A DNA stretch of 17,141 bases from Oligoflexales bacterium (lineage in GTDB: Bacteria > Bdellovibrionota_B > Oligoflexia > Oligoflexales > CAIYRB01): assembly GCA_041736175.1 (NCBI GenBank), contig JBGSUI010000017.1, positions 1 through 17,141 on the forward strand, in the 5' to 3' direction. Position 1 is the first letter of the stretch; the number at the start of each line of letters is the position of its first letter. Both the position numbers and the translations under genes were made by a program. The notes beneath the pieces were generated by a model, which was given only the letters and a program-made list of their open reading frames with translations, was not told where the DNA came from and searched no databases. Shown in pieces: positions 8,212-17,023 of the stretch.

Positions 8212-9699
8212 TCATTCACTTGGATCGTTTTTTTCAAAGATCGAAAGTCCATGCTCGCCCATAAGCCTCGACAAAGTGCTTTTAGGAATTCTTAGTTTAT
8301 CAGCTAGTTGCTTTTGATTCGCCACGCCACTTTGTATCCGATTCTTTATAAAGTCCCGTTCAAAAATTCTTTTGGCTTCAGCAAGATTGGCAGTAGATGG
8401 AATGATAAAATAATCGGACTCACTTTTGTTTGACGCGGCTCCAATTTCCATCATCGCCATTTGCGACTTTTCTTCATTTTTAGAGGGATAATCATTTATT
8501 TCTGCCCTTCGTGACCTGACAGTCGCGACCAATTCAGCAATCAGATCCTCAGGAAGGTGACTAAATCCTATCTTTTTAGTACCATCCATAGTTGCAATGG
8601 TTGCCATGGCATTTATTCTCTTTTTAAGTTCTCTTACGTTCTCCGGCCAATGGTACGCAGAAAGGGCTTCAAGACATAGAGGGTCTATGCTAATTTCAGG
8701 GTAATTTGAATCTAGGACTTTTTTTACGATGGGACCAATATCATCAGGGCGATCTCGTAATGGAGGAATATTGATCTCTAGCCCACGTAAACGCGCTAAG
8801 AAATCAGCTCGCATTTTGCCTTGCGAAACTAATTCATTCAAATCGGCATTGGTTGCGGCAATCACGCGGAGGTTCAACTTAATGATTTCATTTGAGCCCA
8901 ATCGTTTGATTTCTCTGTTTCCAAGTGCTCGGAGTAACTTGGCCTGCGTCTCCAATGGTAAACTATCAACTTCGTCTATAAAAATGTCACCGCCATTTGC
9001 CAGTTGAAGTTGACCTTTTCGAGTTGTTGCGGCTCCTGTATAAGACCCCTTTTCATGACCAAAAAGCTCACTTTCCGCGAGATTAGCATTAAGATTTGCA
9101 CAGTTTACGACTATAAATGGGAATTTATTTCGGCGTCGTCCTACAATTTCAGCAATTGTTTCCTTACCAACGCCGGTTTCACCACGAATCAAAACATCGA
9201 CTTTAGGAGATGAGTGGGCCATTAAAGCGGTCACTAAGACCTGTTCCATTTGTTGCGAAGCAAATGGATACCCTAGTTTATCGGCAATTTTTCTAGCTTC
9301 AAGAGCCATTTCATTTTGTCGGACTGTCCCCGCGATTAATTTTTCAAGACTTGAAAGCACAAGGTTCATGTTCATCGGAGTTTTGATGATGTAGTCCTGA
9401 GCCCCCGAATAACGGGACAGCACCGCTGTCGATTGATCTCGATGGCTAGTAAGCATAACCACTAGGGCTGTTGGCTGCAGCTTCTTAATCTTGGGTAGAA
9501 GATCTAACCCAGTTGCTCCAGCACCTTCTAGGAACATATCCACGACTATGAGGTCAAATTTACATTTCTCAAGGAAATTCAGGCCTTGTTTGTCATTAAA
9601 AGCTTGTTCAAAATGACGGATCCATCTTCCAGAATTCAAAAGATTTAGGGTTTTTCCCACCTCGGGATCATCATCGATGAGTAGAGTCTCTAGTATCAT
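8212..9699 (-). CDS. NtrC-family sigma54-dependent response regulator (REC-AAA+-HTH)
   Basis: REC (IDDD, VVDMFL, LTS, IIK), Walker A GETGVGKE, ESELFGHEKGSYTGA (GAFTGA variant), Walker B FIDEV, RVIAATN, WPENVREL, C-terminal HTH (QKQLADKLRIPKSTLSRLM). Confidence 0.95.
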   Translation of the reverse strand: MILETLLIDDDPEVGKTLNLLNSGRWIRHFEQAFNDKQGLNFLEKCKFDLIVVDMFLEGAGATGLDLLPKIKKLQPTALVVMLTSHRDQSTAVLSRYSGAQDYIIKTPMNMNLVLSSLEKLIAGTVRQNEMALEARKIADKLGYPFASQQMEQVLVTALMAHSSPKVDVLIRGETGVGKETIAEIVGRRRNKFPFIVVNCANLNANLAESELFGHEKGSYTGAATTRKGQLQLANGGDIFIDEVDSLPLETQAKLLRALGNREIKRLGSNEIIKLNLRVIAATNADLNELVSQGKMRADFLARLRGLEINIPPLRDRPDDIGPIVKKVLDSNYPEISIDPLCLEALSAYHWPENVRELKKRINAMATIATMDGTKKIGFSHLPEDLIAELVATVRSRRAEINDYPSKNEEKSQMAMMEIGAASNKSESDYFIIPSTANLAEAKRIFERDFIKNRIQSGVANQKQLADKLRIPKSTLSRLMGEHGLSIFEKNDPSE

Positions 9700-9806
9700 A
9701 AGTATACCAATCGAGAATAAGGTCTGATTTTTTATAAAAAATAATAACTTTTTAACAAGTTATTAAAAATAATTTAATCTACTTTAATAAAAGATTCAAC
9801 TTAATA

Positions 9807-9852
9807 GTTCCAAAAATGGAACGTAGGGTCCAAAAAGATCCAAAAATGAGAT
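9807..9852. promoter_or_regulatory. Candidate upstream activator sequences for a sigma54 enhancer-binding protein
   Basis: Palindrome GTTCCA-AAAA-TGGAAC (9807-9822). The core TCCAAAAATG recurs 30 bp later (9839-9848), with a partial copy TCCAAAAAG at 9829-9837. About 150-190 bp upstream of the -24 element. Confidence 0.6.
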
Positions 9853-9996
9853 TCTAGATTTGCTCACCTGCAACTGCTTTTTAGGCTGATCGGAAAATAT
9901 GACTATAGTCTATTAAAACAGTCATTTATCAGAAGATCGCTGAAATCAAGGTTTCTTGGGCTGTGGTGCTTTTCAAAGGAGGGGACGTCATCAGTA

Positions 9997-10012
9997 TGGC
10001 ATATTTTTTGCA
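9997..10012 (+). promoter_or_regulatory. Sigma54 (-24/-12) promoter for the biosynthesis/sensor operon
   Basis: TGGCATATTTTTTGCA matches TGGCA(C/T)-N5-TTGCA with exact GG-N10-GC spacing, ~50-65 nt before the first start codon. Confidence 0.82.
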
Positions 10013-10064
10013 TATATATGGCTGACTCCACCTTAAAAGGGGAGTTTTTGACCTTACCATAAGC

Positions 10065-10925
10065 ATGGAGCCTTGCGTGACCGCCCCTACTAACTCATCA
10101 CCCCGATTTTTTCAAAGGTACGAACAAGAAAAAGGTCCCAGCCTAACATTGCCCCATTGGGTAGCTGCTCAAAGGGCACGTATCATGCGTCGGGATCTCA
10201 TTGACCTCTTCGATGGGCGTCTAGCAGCCTTGATCATTCCAAATTATACTACCGAACAGACCTGCAAAGAGTTAATCACTCGATTGCAAATAGAAGGGAT
10301 GGCGCAGTATTCACATGTGACCGCAGCCGTTGCTAAATTTGGTTTGGTCCAAGCTGAGCACAACCGATCTGAACTAAAAGAGTCTTATTTTAAGAAAGTC
10401 TTGGCTGCAAAGAAAGCTTCACAATCCCTTTTTGAAGGAGTTTGTGATGACCCATTAAAATTGATTATGGCGGATTTTAGTCGAGAAATGATGGCTTCAT
10501 CGAGTATTGCCGTGGAACCAGAACTCGGTGATTATTTTGCTGGAACTTTTCGGCTCATTAAAGGCGCGGGTCTGATTCACTATGATTTTGCTAATTCCGA
10601 GGTGCACGGATGGGAGATTTCGAAAGTGAGGGCTCAGCTTTCATGGAACCTCTATTTATCGCGCCCAGAGTCCGGGGGAGAGTTAATGGTTTACTCAAAT
10701 CAGTGGGACTCTACGAGCGAGGTTCACAAAAAGCCGTCGTGTTATTCCTATGACGAAGGCGCGGTTGATGGGGCTTCACGATTGAGCTACTCGCCAAATG
10801 CGGGGGATTTGGTGATTTTTAACTCGAGGAATTTCCACGAGATTAAGGCGCCAATTGGTCCCCGATTTTCTCTGTCTTCTTTTATTGGTCTCTTAAACGA
10901 TTCTCGAATCATTTTTTGGTCATGA
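10065..10925 (+). CDS. Fe(II)/2-oxoglutarate-dependent dioxygenase, likely amino-acid hydroxylase
   Basis: HxD (IHYDF), QLSWNLYL...GGEL, GDLVIFNSRNFH (distal His), RFS (RxS 2OG-binding). The start may be GTG 10077 (GGAG 6 nt upstream). Confidence 0.88.
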   Translation: MEPCVTAPTNSSPRFFQRYEQEKGPSLTLPHWVAAQRARIMRRDLIDLFDGRLAALIIPNYTTEQTCKELITRLQIEGMAQYSHVTAAVAKFGLVQAEHNRSELKESYFKKVLAAKKASQSLFEGVCDDPLKLIMADFSREMMASSSIAVEPELGDYFAGTFRLIKGAGLIHYDFANSEVHGWEISKVRAQLSWNLYLSRPESGGELMVYSNQWDSTSEVHKKPSCYSYDEGAVDGASRLSYSPNAGDLVIFNSRNFHEIKAPIGPRFSLSSFIGLLNDSRIIFWS

Positions 10926-10932
10926 GGCGTAA

Positions 10933-12174
10933 ATGACATTAGTCGCTTTTGTCGAAGCAAATTTTTCTGGCGTTGACGCTATAGCCGCTACAGCTGAGGC
11001 AGGTTATAGCCCTATTTTGTTAACTAAAAACTTTGAAAAATTATGCCAAATACTCCCTCGCGGTAGTGGGAATGAACTCCAAAAATGTACACAAATCATC
11101 GAAGTCAACACGTCCTCAATCGATGACCTTGTTAAGGTGCTCACTCCCTTCCGTGCAGATCTTGATGCCATTTGCACTTTTTCCCAGCCATACACCATCA
11201 TAACTGGCAGGCTTGCTCAAAGGCTTGAACTCCCAGGGGCGTTGGTTAGCGCACTCGAATTGGGACGTGACAAATTTAAGATGCGAGAGCAGCTACGTAA
11301 CCAGGGTATTGAAAATATTAGGTTCGGACTTGCCTCGACTGCTAGTGAAGCATACCAAGTTGCCCAAAAGGTGGGTTTCCCCCTAGTCATTAAACCAAAA
11401 GAGGGGCAAGCCAGTCTCTGTGTTGGAATTTGCCACAACGAATCCGAACTCAAAGAGTATTTCACGAGAATCGGCAAAAATACAAATCTGAATCTTTCTA
11501 TATCTTCGGAGTTTTTAGTCGAAGAATATTTACATGGTTCTCTCTTTAGCGTCGAACTTATGACCACAAAAGCCAGAAATCATTTGATTTGGGGTATCTC
11601 GGATAGACAACTTGGTCCAAATGGAGTCGAGATAGCGGCTTCTTTTCCTGTATTTCCTGATGAATATTTGGATATCTGCCTGTGTGCCACGGCGGCACTT
11701 GACGCCATTGGCTTTGATTTTGGACCGAGCCATGTGGAAATAATTGTTACTGAAAATGGCCCTAAAATTGTTGAATTGAACCTGAGAGCTGGGGGCAGTG
11801 GCATTACCCAATTGATGGATGCCTCGACAAATCAAAAATTTGGCCTCGCATACGTTGAAATGTGTTTAGGAAAAGAATTGAATAAGCCTCTATTCAAAAA
11901 AGGTGCAAGTTGGCACTCCATTCTGCCCCTAAAATCCGGCCTGATAAAAAAAATGCCTTCTGTGGACCAGATCAAGAGTCTTGGAGCGCATGCTTATTGG
12001 GAATTTAAATCTGTCGGTGAAACTTGTACGGACGATGGTTCGAATTTTAGCTGGCTGGCGCAGGTGATGACTGTGGGGGAAGATGCACACAATGCAAGTC
12101 TAAAATCTGAGATGATCGTTAAGATGGCATATGAATCAATAGAAATTGAACACACTCTAAATGCTAGGAGTTAA
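10933..12174 (+). CDS. ATP-grasp enzyme, L-amino-acid ligase (BacD/RizA-like) type
   Basis: DKFKMR, FPLVIKP, EEYLHG, SVE, HVE, VELNLRAGG; ~410 aa with a C-terminal extension typical of L-amino-acid ligases; GAGG RBS. Confidence 0.9.
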   Translation: MTLVAFVEANFSGVDAIAATAEAGYSPILLTKNFEKLCQILPRGSGNELQKCTQIIEVNTSSIDDLVKVLTPFRADLDAICTFSQPYTIITGRLAQRLELPGALVSALELGRDKFKMREQLRNQGIENIRFGLASTASEAYQVAQKVGFPLVIKPKEGQASLCVGICHNESELKEYFTRIGKNTNLNLSISSEFLVEEYLHGSLFSVELMTTKARNHLIWGISDRQLGPNGVEIAASFPVFPDEYLDICLCATAALDAIGFDFGPSHVEIIVTENGPKIVELNLRAGGSGITQLMDASTNQKFGLAYVEMCLGKELNKPLFKKGASWHSILPLKSGLIKKMPSVDQIKSLGAHAYWEFKSVGETCTDDGSNFSWLAQVMTVGEDAHNASLKSEMIVKMAYESIEIEHTLNARS

Positions 12175-12177
12175 TTG

Positions 12178-13155
12178 ATGATAGATTTGAACTTAAAGCA
12201 ATTTACACCGCAATTATTGGTCCAAAGTCGAGAGTTAATCTCTAGATTTCTCCGGAAGACACCTCTCCTTCAGATTCAAGATGGAACGAAATCGTCAAAT
12301 GAACAGCAATATGGTCTAAAAATTGAGTCTATGCAATTGGGGGGGAGTTTTAAAATCCGGGGAGCACTTTCGGCCGTTTTGACTCCAGATCGAGAAAATC
12401 AACTTAAAGGAATATGTGCCGTCAGTGCTGGCAATCACGCTATTGCCGTTTCTTTAGCGGGAATGATGGTAGGTTGTAAGGCCACTGTAGTCATACCTAC
12501 ATCAGCCTCTAATCCACTCAGGATTCAGCTATGTAAAGACTATGGTGCGAATGTAGTCCTTTGTGATGATCGAGAGAAAGCTTTCCCCCTAGCCATGGAA
12601 ATTTGTAAGCAGGAAAATCTTGATTTTATTCATCCCTTTGATAGCCCCTACACGGTCATGGGTGCTGCCACGGTGGCCGCAGAGATTATGGAACAAGCCC
12701 CCCAGGTGGACGCTATTTTTGTACCGATAGGTGGCGGTGGGCTTCTTTCTGGAACCTTGGCCCAAATTCAAGCCGTTAACCCACAAATCAAAATTATTGG
12801 AGTCGAGCCCCAGGGCTCTGAGAAAATGAAAGCTAGCTTAGACCTAGGCCGGCCCGTGACGGGGTTTTTATCAAATACGATCGCAGATAGTTTGACTCCT
12901 CCTATGTTAGGACAAATTGCCTATGAAATGGGCCAAAAATATTTGTACGATCTCGTTTCCGTGACAGATGAGGCCATTATACAGGCTGTGCAGGAATGCT
13001 ACGCGATGTACCGTTTGCCAATTGAACCGTCTGGTGCTTGCGCCTTAGCTGGACTCCGAGTTTATAGCCAAAAGCAGCGTTTTAACTTTCCAGTGGCCAT
13101 CCTCTCTGGTAGCAATATACCCCTTGAAAATTTTAAACATTTTTTGGAGACGTAA
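12178..13155 (+). CDS. PLP-dependent fold-type-II enzyme, serine/threonine dehydratase family, no ACT domain
   Basis: GSFKIRGA (Schiff-base Lys), SAGNHA, VPIGGGGL, EPSGA, LSGSN. AGGAG RBS before ATG 12178. Confidence 0.92.
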   Translation: MIDLNLKQFTPQLLVQSRELISRFLRKTPLLQIQDGTKSSNEQQYGLKIESMQLGGSFKIRGALSAVLTPDRENQLKGICAVSAGNHAIAVSLAGMMVGCKATVVIPTSASNPLRIQLCKDYGANVVLCDDREKAFPLAMEICKQENLDFIHPFDSPYTVMGAATVAAEIMEQAPQVDAIFVPIGGGGLLSGTLAQIQAVNPQIKIIGVEPQGSEKMKASLDLGRPVTGFLSNTIADSLTPPMLGQIAYEMGQKYLYDLVSVTDEAIIQAVQECYAMYRLPIEPSGACALAGLRVYSQKQRFNFPVAILSGSNIPLENFKHFLET

Positions 13156-13157
13156 CT

Positions 13158-14288
13158 TTGAAAGGTATTTTGACGATTTTTTTGACTCTATTTGTGTTAT
13201 TTGTATCTCGCCGGTCTGATTCATCTGAATCACAGGTTGTCCGGATTGGCCTTGTGTTTGATTTTTCTGGGAAAGCAGAAGCTGTGAATGATCTCGTCGA
13301 CGGGATCGAGTTATATGTATCCGAAGTCAACAAAAAAATTAAGCGAATCGAATTATATCGATTTGACTCGGCAGGTGGGCCTCTGGAAACAAAATTAGCT
13401 ATCGAAAAAGCTGCGAATTTGAATCCAAAACTAGATTTTTTAATCGCGGAACTCGATAGTTCTAAAGCGTTTGTAGCTGCGGAGGGAGCTGAGGCCAGAA
13501 AGATTCCTATGATTACGCCTCTAGCTACATCACACCGGATTACAGATAACCGCAAATATGTTTTTTCAGGTACTTTCTCAGATCGTAGTCAGGGATATGC
13601 TTTGGCAAATTTCGCCACATCCACATTGGGAGCCAAATCCGCAGCCATTATCGCTGATGAGGGACAACTTTACAGTGTGACATTAGCCGAAATGTTTAAG
13701 GAAAAATTCTTGATCTCTGGGGGCAAAGTGGTCGGCGAGTTAAAAATACTCAATGACTCGAATTCTATGCCAAAGATCACAAAGTTTTTCGATGAAAAAA
13801 AGGCAGATATATATTTTCTGCCCGTTTACTCTCAAACGGCTGCTAGAATTTTAGAAGTAGCCGTTAAAGGCAAAGCAGCTAGCTCGATTTTTATCGGTGG
13901 TGACGCATGGGGCCAATATTCAGCGCCTTTTAAAGACCTAATCTTTAAGAACTCAAATCCACTTAAAATATTTTGGGCATCTCATTTCGACGGAAACGAA
14001 AACTCTCCTTTGTGGAAAAAGGTGACGAGAAAGGCCAAATTAGCAAAAAATTCTGCCTTCGGTATCGCGCATGCTGCCGGTTTCGACACCACAAATATCG
14101 CCTATCAAACCGTTATGAATGCTGGAGGATCTGGGGCAAACCCCGACAAAATTGCCGAAACCCTTCGAAAGGCGCAGGTTTCTGGATTGTTGGGCACCGT
14201 AAATTATACGGACAAGAACGAAAATACTAAAATCGTCCATATTTTTACCGCATCTGACGGTGTCCCACATCATGTGGATCAAAAATGA
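13158..14288 (+). CDS. Periplasmic LivJ/LivK-like (type I) amino-acid-binding protein
   Basis: Signal peptide, VRIGLVFDFSG, IPMITPLAT..ITD...YVF, D..QG..LA.FA, FIGGDAW, GFD, GLLGTVNY. TTG start with GGAG RBS, 2 nt after the previous stop. Confidence 0.9.
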   Translation: MKGILTIFLTLFVLFVSRRSDSSESQVVRIGLVFDFSGKAEAVNDLVDGIELYVSEVNKKIKRIELYRFDSAGGPLETKLAIEKAANLNPKLDFLIAELDSSKAFVAAEGAEARKIPMITPLATSHRITDNRKYVFSGTFSDRSQGYALANFATSTLGAKSAAIIADEGQLYSVTLAEMFKEKFLISGGKVVGELKILNDSNSMPKITKFFDEKKADIYFLPVYSQTAARILEVAVKGKAASSIFIGGDAWGQYSAPFKDLIFKNSNPLKIFWASHFDGNENSPLWKKVTRKAKLAKNSAFGIAHAAGFDTTNIAYQTVMNAGGSGANPDKIAETLRKAQVSGLLGTVNYTDKNENTKIVHIFTASDGVPHHVDQK

Positions 14289-16087
14289 AGGAGAGTCTTT
14301 CGAGTCAAAAAGTATCTCGAATTTGGCTGAATTCGAGTATTGCGTTTATAACATTGTCGTTGATTGTTTTCCTGTCCATTTTTGCCAAAGGTTCTATAGA
14401 ACTGAGAAATGAAAACAGAGAGTCCTATCGAAAGTTAGTGGAAAATAAAATAGTTTCTGAACTACCGGCAATATCTGACGAAGTTTACCTTGGATTGAAT
14501 ACGATTTCACTGAGAACAGAAAGCTACTCTGCACTAATCGGAAGCCAAGCTCAAATCTCCCTTGAAGTAGAACGATCGACGGATTCAGTGACTACCAATG
14601 AAACGCCATTCTGGGAACAGAAGACTAAAATCGGAGAGGACTCATTAGTAGCACCTTTAAAGTTTGGCTCTATTTATTTAGGCAATCTTAGGGTGAAATT
14701 GACCTGGAAAGCTCAACTGCTGGCGTTTCCACTAGAGAAAATTATTTACCAATCCATCATTCCTCTGGTGGTATTTTTTTGCTTTTGGGTTGGAGCTTTT
14801 TTCTATCTGAATCGAAAAATAGTTACTCCACTTCTCGTAGAGAATACCATCTTGGCTCGGGACAGCGGTATTGCCAAAGCTACCACGATGCTGGCTCATG
14901 ATATCCGGCGTCCATTTTCTACCCTTCTTATGGCCCTAAATCGACTCAGTTTGATAAATCCAAATGGCAAAGAAATGGCCAACGAGATTTCTGAGATTCG
15001 CGGCCAAGTCGGGCGTGCATATACTCAAACTAACAACATTCTTTTGGACGTATTAGATGTGAGTGGCACATCGATTAAGCTAGATATCCAAGTTGAATCA
15101 CTTAAGTCTATCATCTACTCTTCAATCTATACCATTTTTGGGGCCGACCGCGACACTAGGGTCAACTTTACCTATGAACTATTTCACCAATCAATGCTTA
15201 AGGTCGATCCTTCAAAAATTGAAAGAGTGTTTTGCAATATCATCGAAAATTCGAGACATGCAATGAATGGTCAAGGCAACCTCTGGTTTAAGGCTCGGGA
15301 TGCAATTGACTCAGGAATGATGGAGATCACAATAGGAAATTCAGGATCATTTATACCTGAAGATATTAGACTGTTGATATTTGATTCTTTTTTTAGTGCC
15401 GGTAAGCCAGCTGGAACCGGGCTCGGACTTACGATCTGCAAAAAATTTATCTTGGCTCATGGTGGAACAATAAGGTGCGAATCCTCTCAAGAGAAGGGTA
15501 CTGAGTTTGTTTTCACCCTACCATTGGCTCTTAATGCATTTGATCATGCGATAGTCATATTGCCTCAAAACAACCTAGAGACTATTCTTTACTCAAAACT
15601 GGAGGCTGATAAAAAGCTCCTTCTAAATGAGCAGGAGCCAAATATAGGCTGGCACTCCACTGGACTCGAACATGGACTTGAGCATGAATATAAAGAATCT
15701 ATTAAGTTACGCGCAAAGACCTTAGGCCGTCCTATTTCAATAGCTGTCGTAGATGATGACCCAATCTATCTGCGTGGTGTTTTGTCCTTGATCGACGAGC
15801 ACCTTCTTGGAAATACAATAGTGGCTATTGATCTTGAATCCTATCAAGAGGCTGTTTCGGTGCTTTTAACCCGGCCCTTCGACGTTATTATTACTGATCT
15901 GGAACTGGGAGACGGATCTGGCCTTGATATCGTGCGTGAAGGTAAGCGTCATAACCCGGAGGCTATCTTGTGCGTCCATTCCAACCATAGTGACGCGGGC
16001 AAGTATCGCGAAGCTCTTGCTGCCGGTGCTGATGCATTCTTACCGAAGCCTATGGGGAAGGTCCAGTTACTCAAGTTATTGAGCTGA
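14285..16087 (+). CDS. Membrane-bound hybrid sensor histidine kinase (2 TM, HisKA, HATPase, C-terminal REC)
   Basis: Two TM segments flanking a ~120 aa periplasmic loop. H-box LAHDIRRP, N-box NIIENS, G1 variant IGNSG, F-box IFDSFF, G2 GTGLGL, REC VDDD / ITDLEL / KP. ATGA overlap with the binding-protein gene. Confidence 0.94.
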   Translation: MKESLSSQKVSRIWLNSSIAFITLSLIVFLSIFAKGSIELRNENRESYRKLVENKIVSELPAISDEVYLGLNTISLRTESYSALIGSQAQISLEVERSTDSVTTNETPFWEQKTKIGEDSLVAPLKFGSIYLGNLRVKLTWKAQLLAFPLEKIIYQSIIPLVVFFCFWVGAFFYLNRKIVTPLLVENTILARDSGIAKATTMLAHDIRRPFSTLLMALNRLSLINPNGKEMANEISEIRGQVGRAYTQTNNILLDVLDVSGTSIKLDIQVESLKSIIYSSIYTIFGADRDTRVNFTYELFHQSMLKVDPSKIERVFCNIIENSRHAMNGQGNLWFKARDAIDSGMMEITIGNSGSFIPEDIRLLIFDSFFSAGKPAGTGLGLTICKKFILAHGGTIRCESSQEKGTEFVFTLPLALNAFDHAIVILPQNNLETILYSKLEADKKLLLNEQEPNIGWHSTGLEHGLEHEYKESIKLRAKTLGRPISIAVVDDDPIYLRGVLSLIDEHLLGNTIVAIDLESYQEAVSVLLTRPFDVIITDLELGDGSGLDIVREGKRHNPEAILCVHSNHSDAGKYREALAAGADAFLPKPMGKVQLLKLLS

Positions 16088-16379
16088 TTTTTGCGCCAAT
16101 TTATCAGATCAAGAACCAAGACCCGCCCCCAAATCCGGGACTTCACGAAAAAGGGCACATTGTCGCGATCCACTGCTCGCCGCCCGCTGTCCAGCAGCAT
16201 CAGGTGTTTTGACCCTGGCCCCGCCTTATATCTTGGATCAATGCAGGAAAGTCACTGCATACCAAGCCGAAAAATCACGACCCACTGGCCACTAAAGGGG
16301 GGTGGCGACTAGGTCTGCGTAGTTGGGGGCGAGTCTTTCTGCATCGGCCTGCCTAGATAAGTGACGGCTATTTGGAATC

Positions 16380-17023
16380 CTAAGGTGGAGGAGGCAATAA
16401 GGCTTGTTTCCATAACCTCGGTCGATGCACAAATTTTCCTGACTCCGCTGGTACTTTTTGAGGAAATTGTGCCTGTCGGCACATTTCCTGCTTTATCGGC
16501 TTCTGAAAATTAGAGGAGGTCTTGAGGTCGTGGTTCACAAGTGCATTCGCATGAAGATTTGGATAAAGGACACCGACAGTCTTGTTTAGTAGGTGCAACT
16601 TATCTAGAGCCGGCTTCATGTCGCTGTCGTTCGAAACAAGGACGTAGGCATCTGCTAGGTTCAGAACACCGTCCATTATCATCTCGGCGACAATCAACGT
16701 GTCTGTCATCTTTTCTTCGACCTTTAGAATGTAGCAGCTTCTGCTTGGATCATCAGCACGGGGCATCCATTGGCGGTTTTTTTGGAACTTGCCTTCGATA
16801 ACTTGAGTTCCTTCCCCTCGTAGGGCTCGAAGGTATATATTTTGTCGTTTAGGTGCTTCCGGGTCGTTTTCCGTGTGGTGAATTCTAGAAGTGAAGTATT
16901 TGATCGAAACAGCTTCATCCTCTGGTAACGCAATTTTAATCAAAGACTTCCAGCTCAACCATTTTAGATGGCTGTTTGAGCGCAACATAGAGTAGTAAAA
17001 GTTGAACAGATGTTCGCCGCAAT
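16380..17023 (-). pseudogene. NYN-domain (LabA/DUF88, PIN-fold) protein, probably frameshifted at the 5' end
   Basis: KWL, IKYFTS, RQNIYLRAL, EEKMTD and LVSNDSDM are NYN motifs. Upstream of ATG 16988 the frame reads FNFYYS, but the expected YxDG is missing. ANI lies in another frame just after an AAGGAG RBS (17033-17028). Confidence 0.7.

Noticed and set aside
8212..9699. Activator inactive because GAFTGA is altered
   Set aside because: GSYTGA keeps the aromatic residue and Thr, Walker A/B and sensor motifs are intact, and sigma54 motifs flank the gene.
10065..10925. Fe/2OG halogenase (WelO5/BesD-like) and a Bes-type alkyne pathway
   Set aside because: The metal motif is HYD (carboxylate retained), the PLP enzyme is fold type II rather than BesB-like, and no BesC-like oxidase is present.
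12178..14288. Housekeeping ilvA and livJ/livK assignments
   Set aside because: No ACT regulatory domain, no other ilv genes and no liv permease or ATPase genes, so gene symbols are withheld.
16091..16379. Short ORFs and GCCAC-TAAAGGGGG-GTGGC hairpin as a gene or IS200/IS605 end
   Set aside because: No recognisable protein motif. The stem is only 5 bp and the resemblance to an IS end is too weak.
370..16933. Remaining short ORFs in the track (e.g. 370..591, 677..1000, 3845..4102, 5057..5419, 7070..7330, 8729..9007, 11217..11567, 13133..13555, 16541..16801)
   Set aside because: Antisense or alternate-frame shadows of better-supported genes, with no recognisable motifs.
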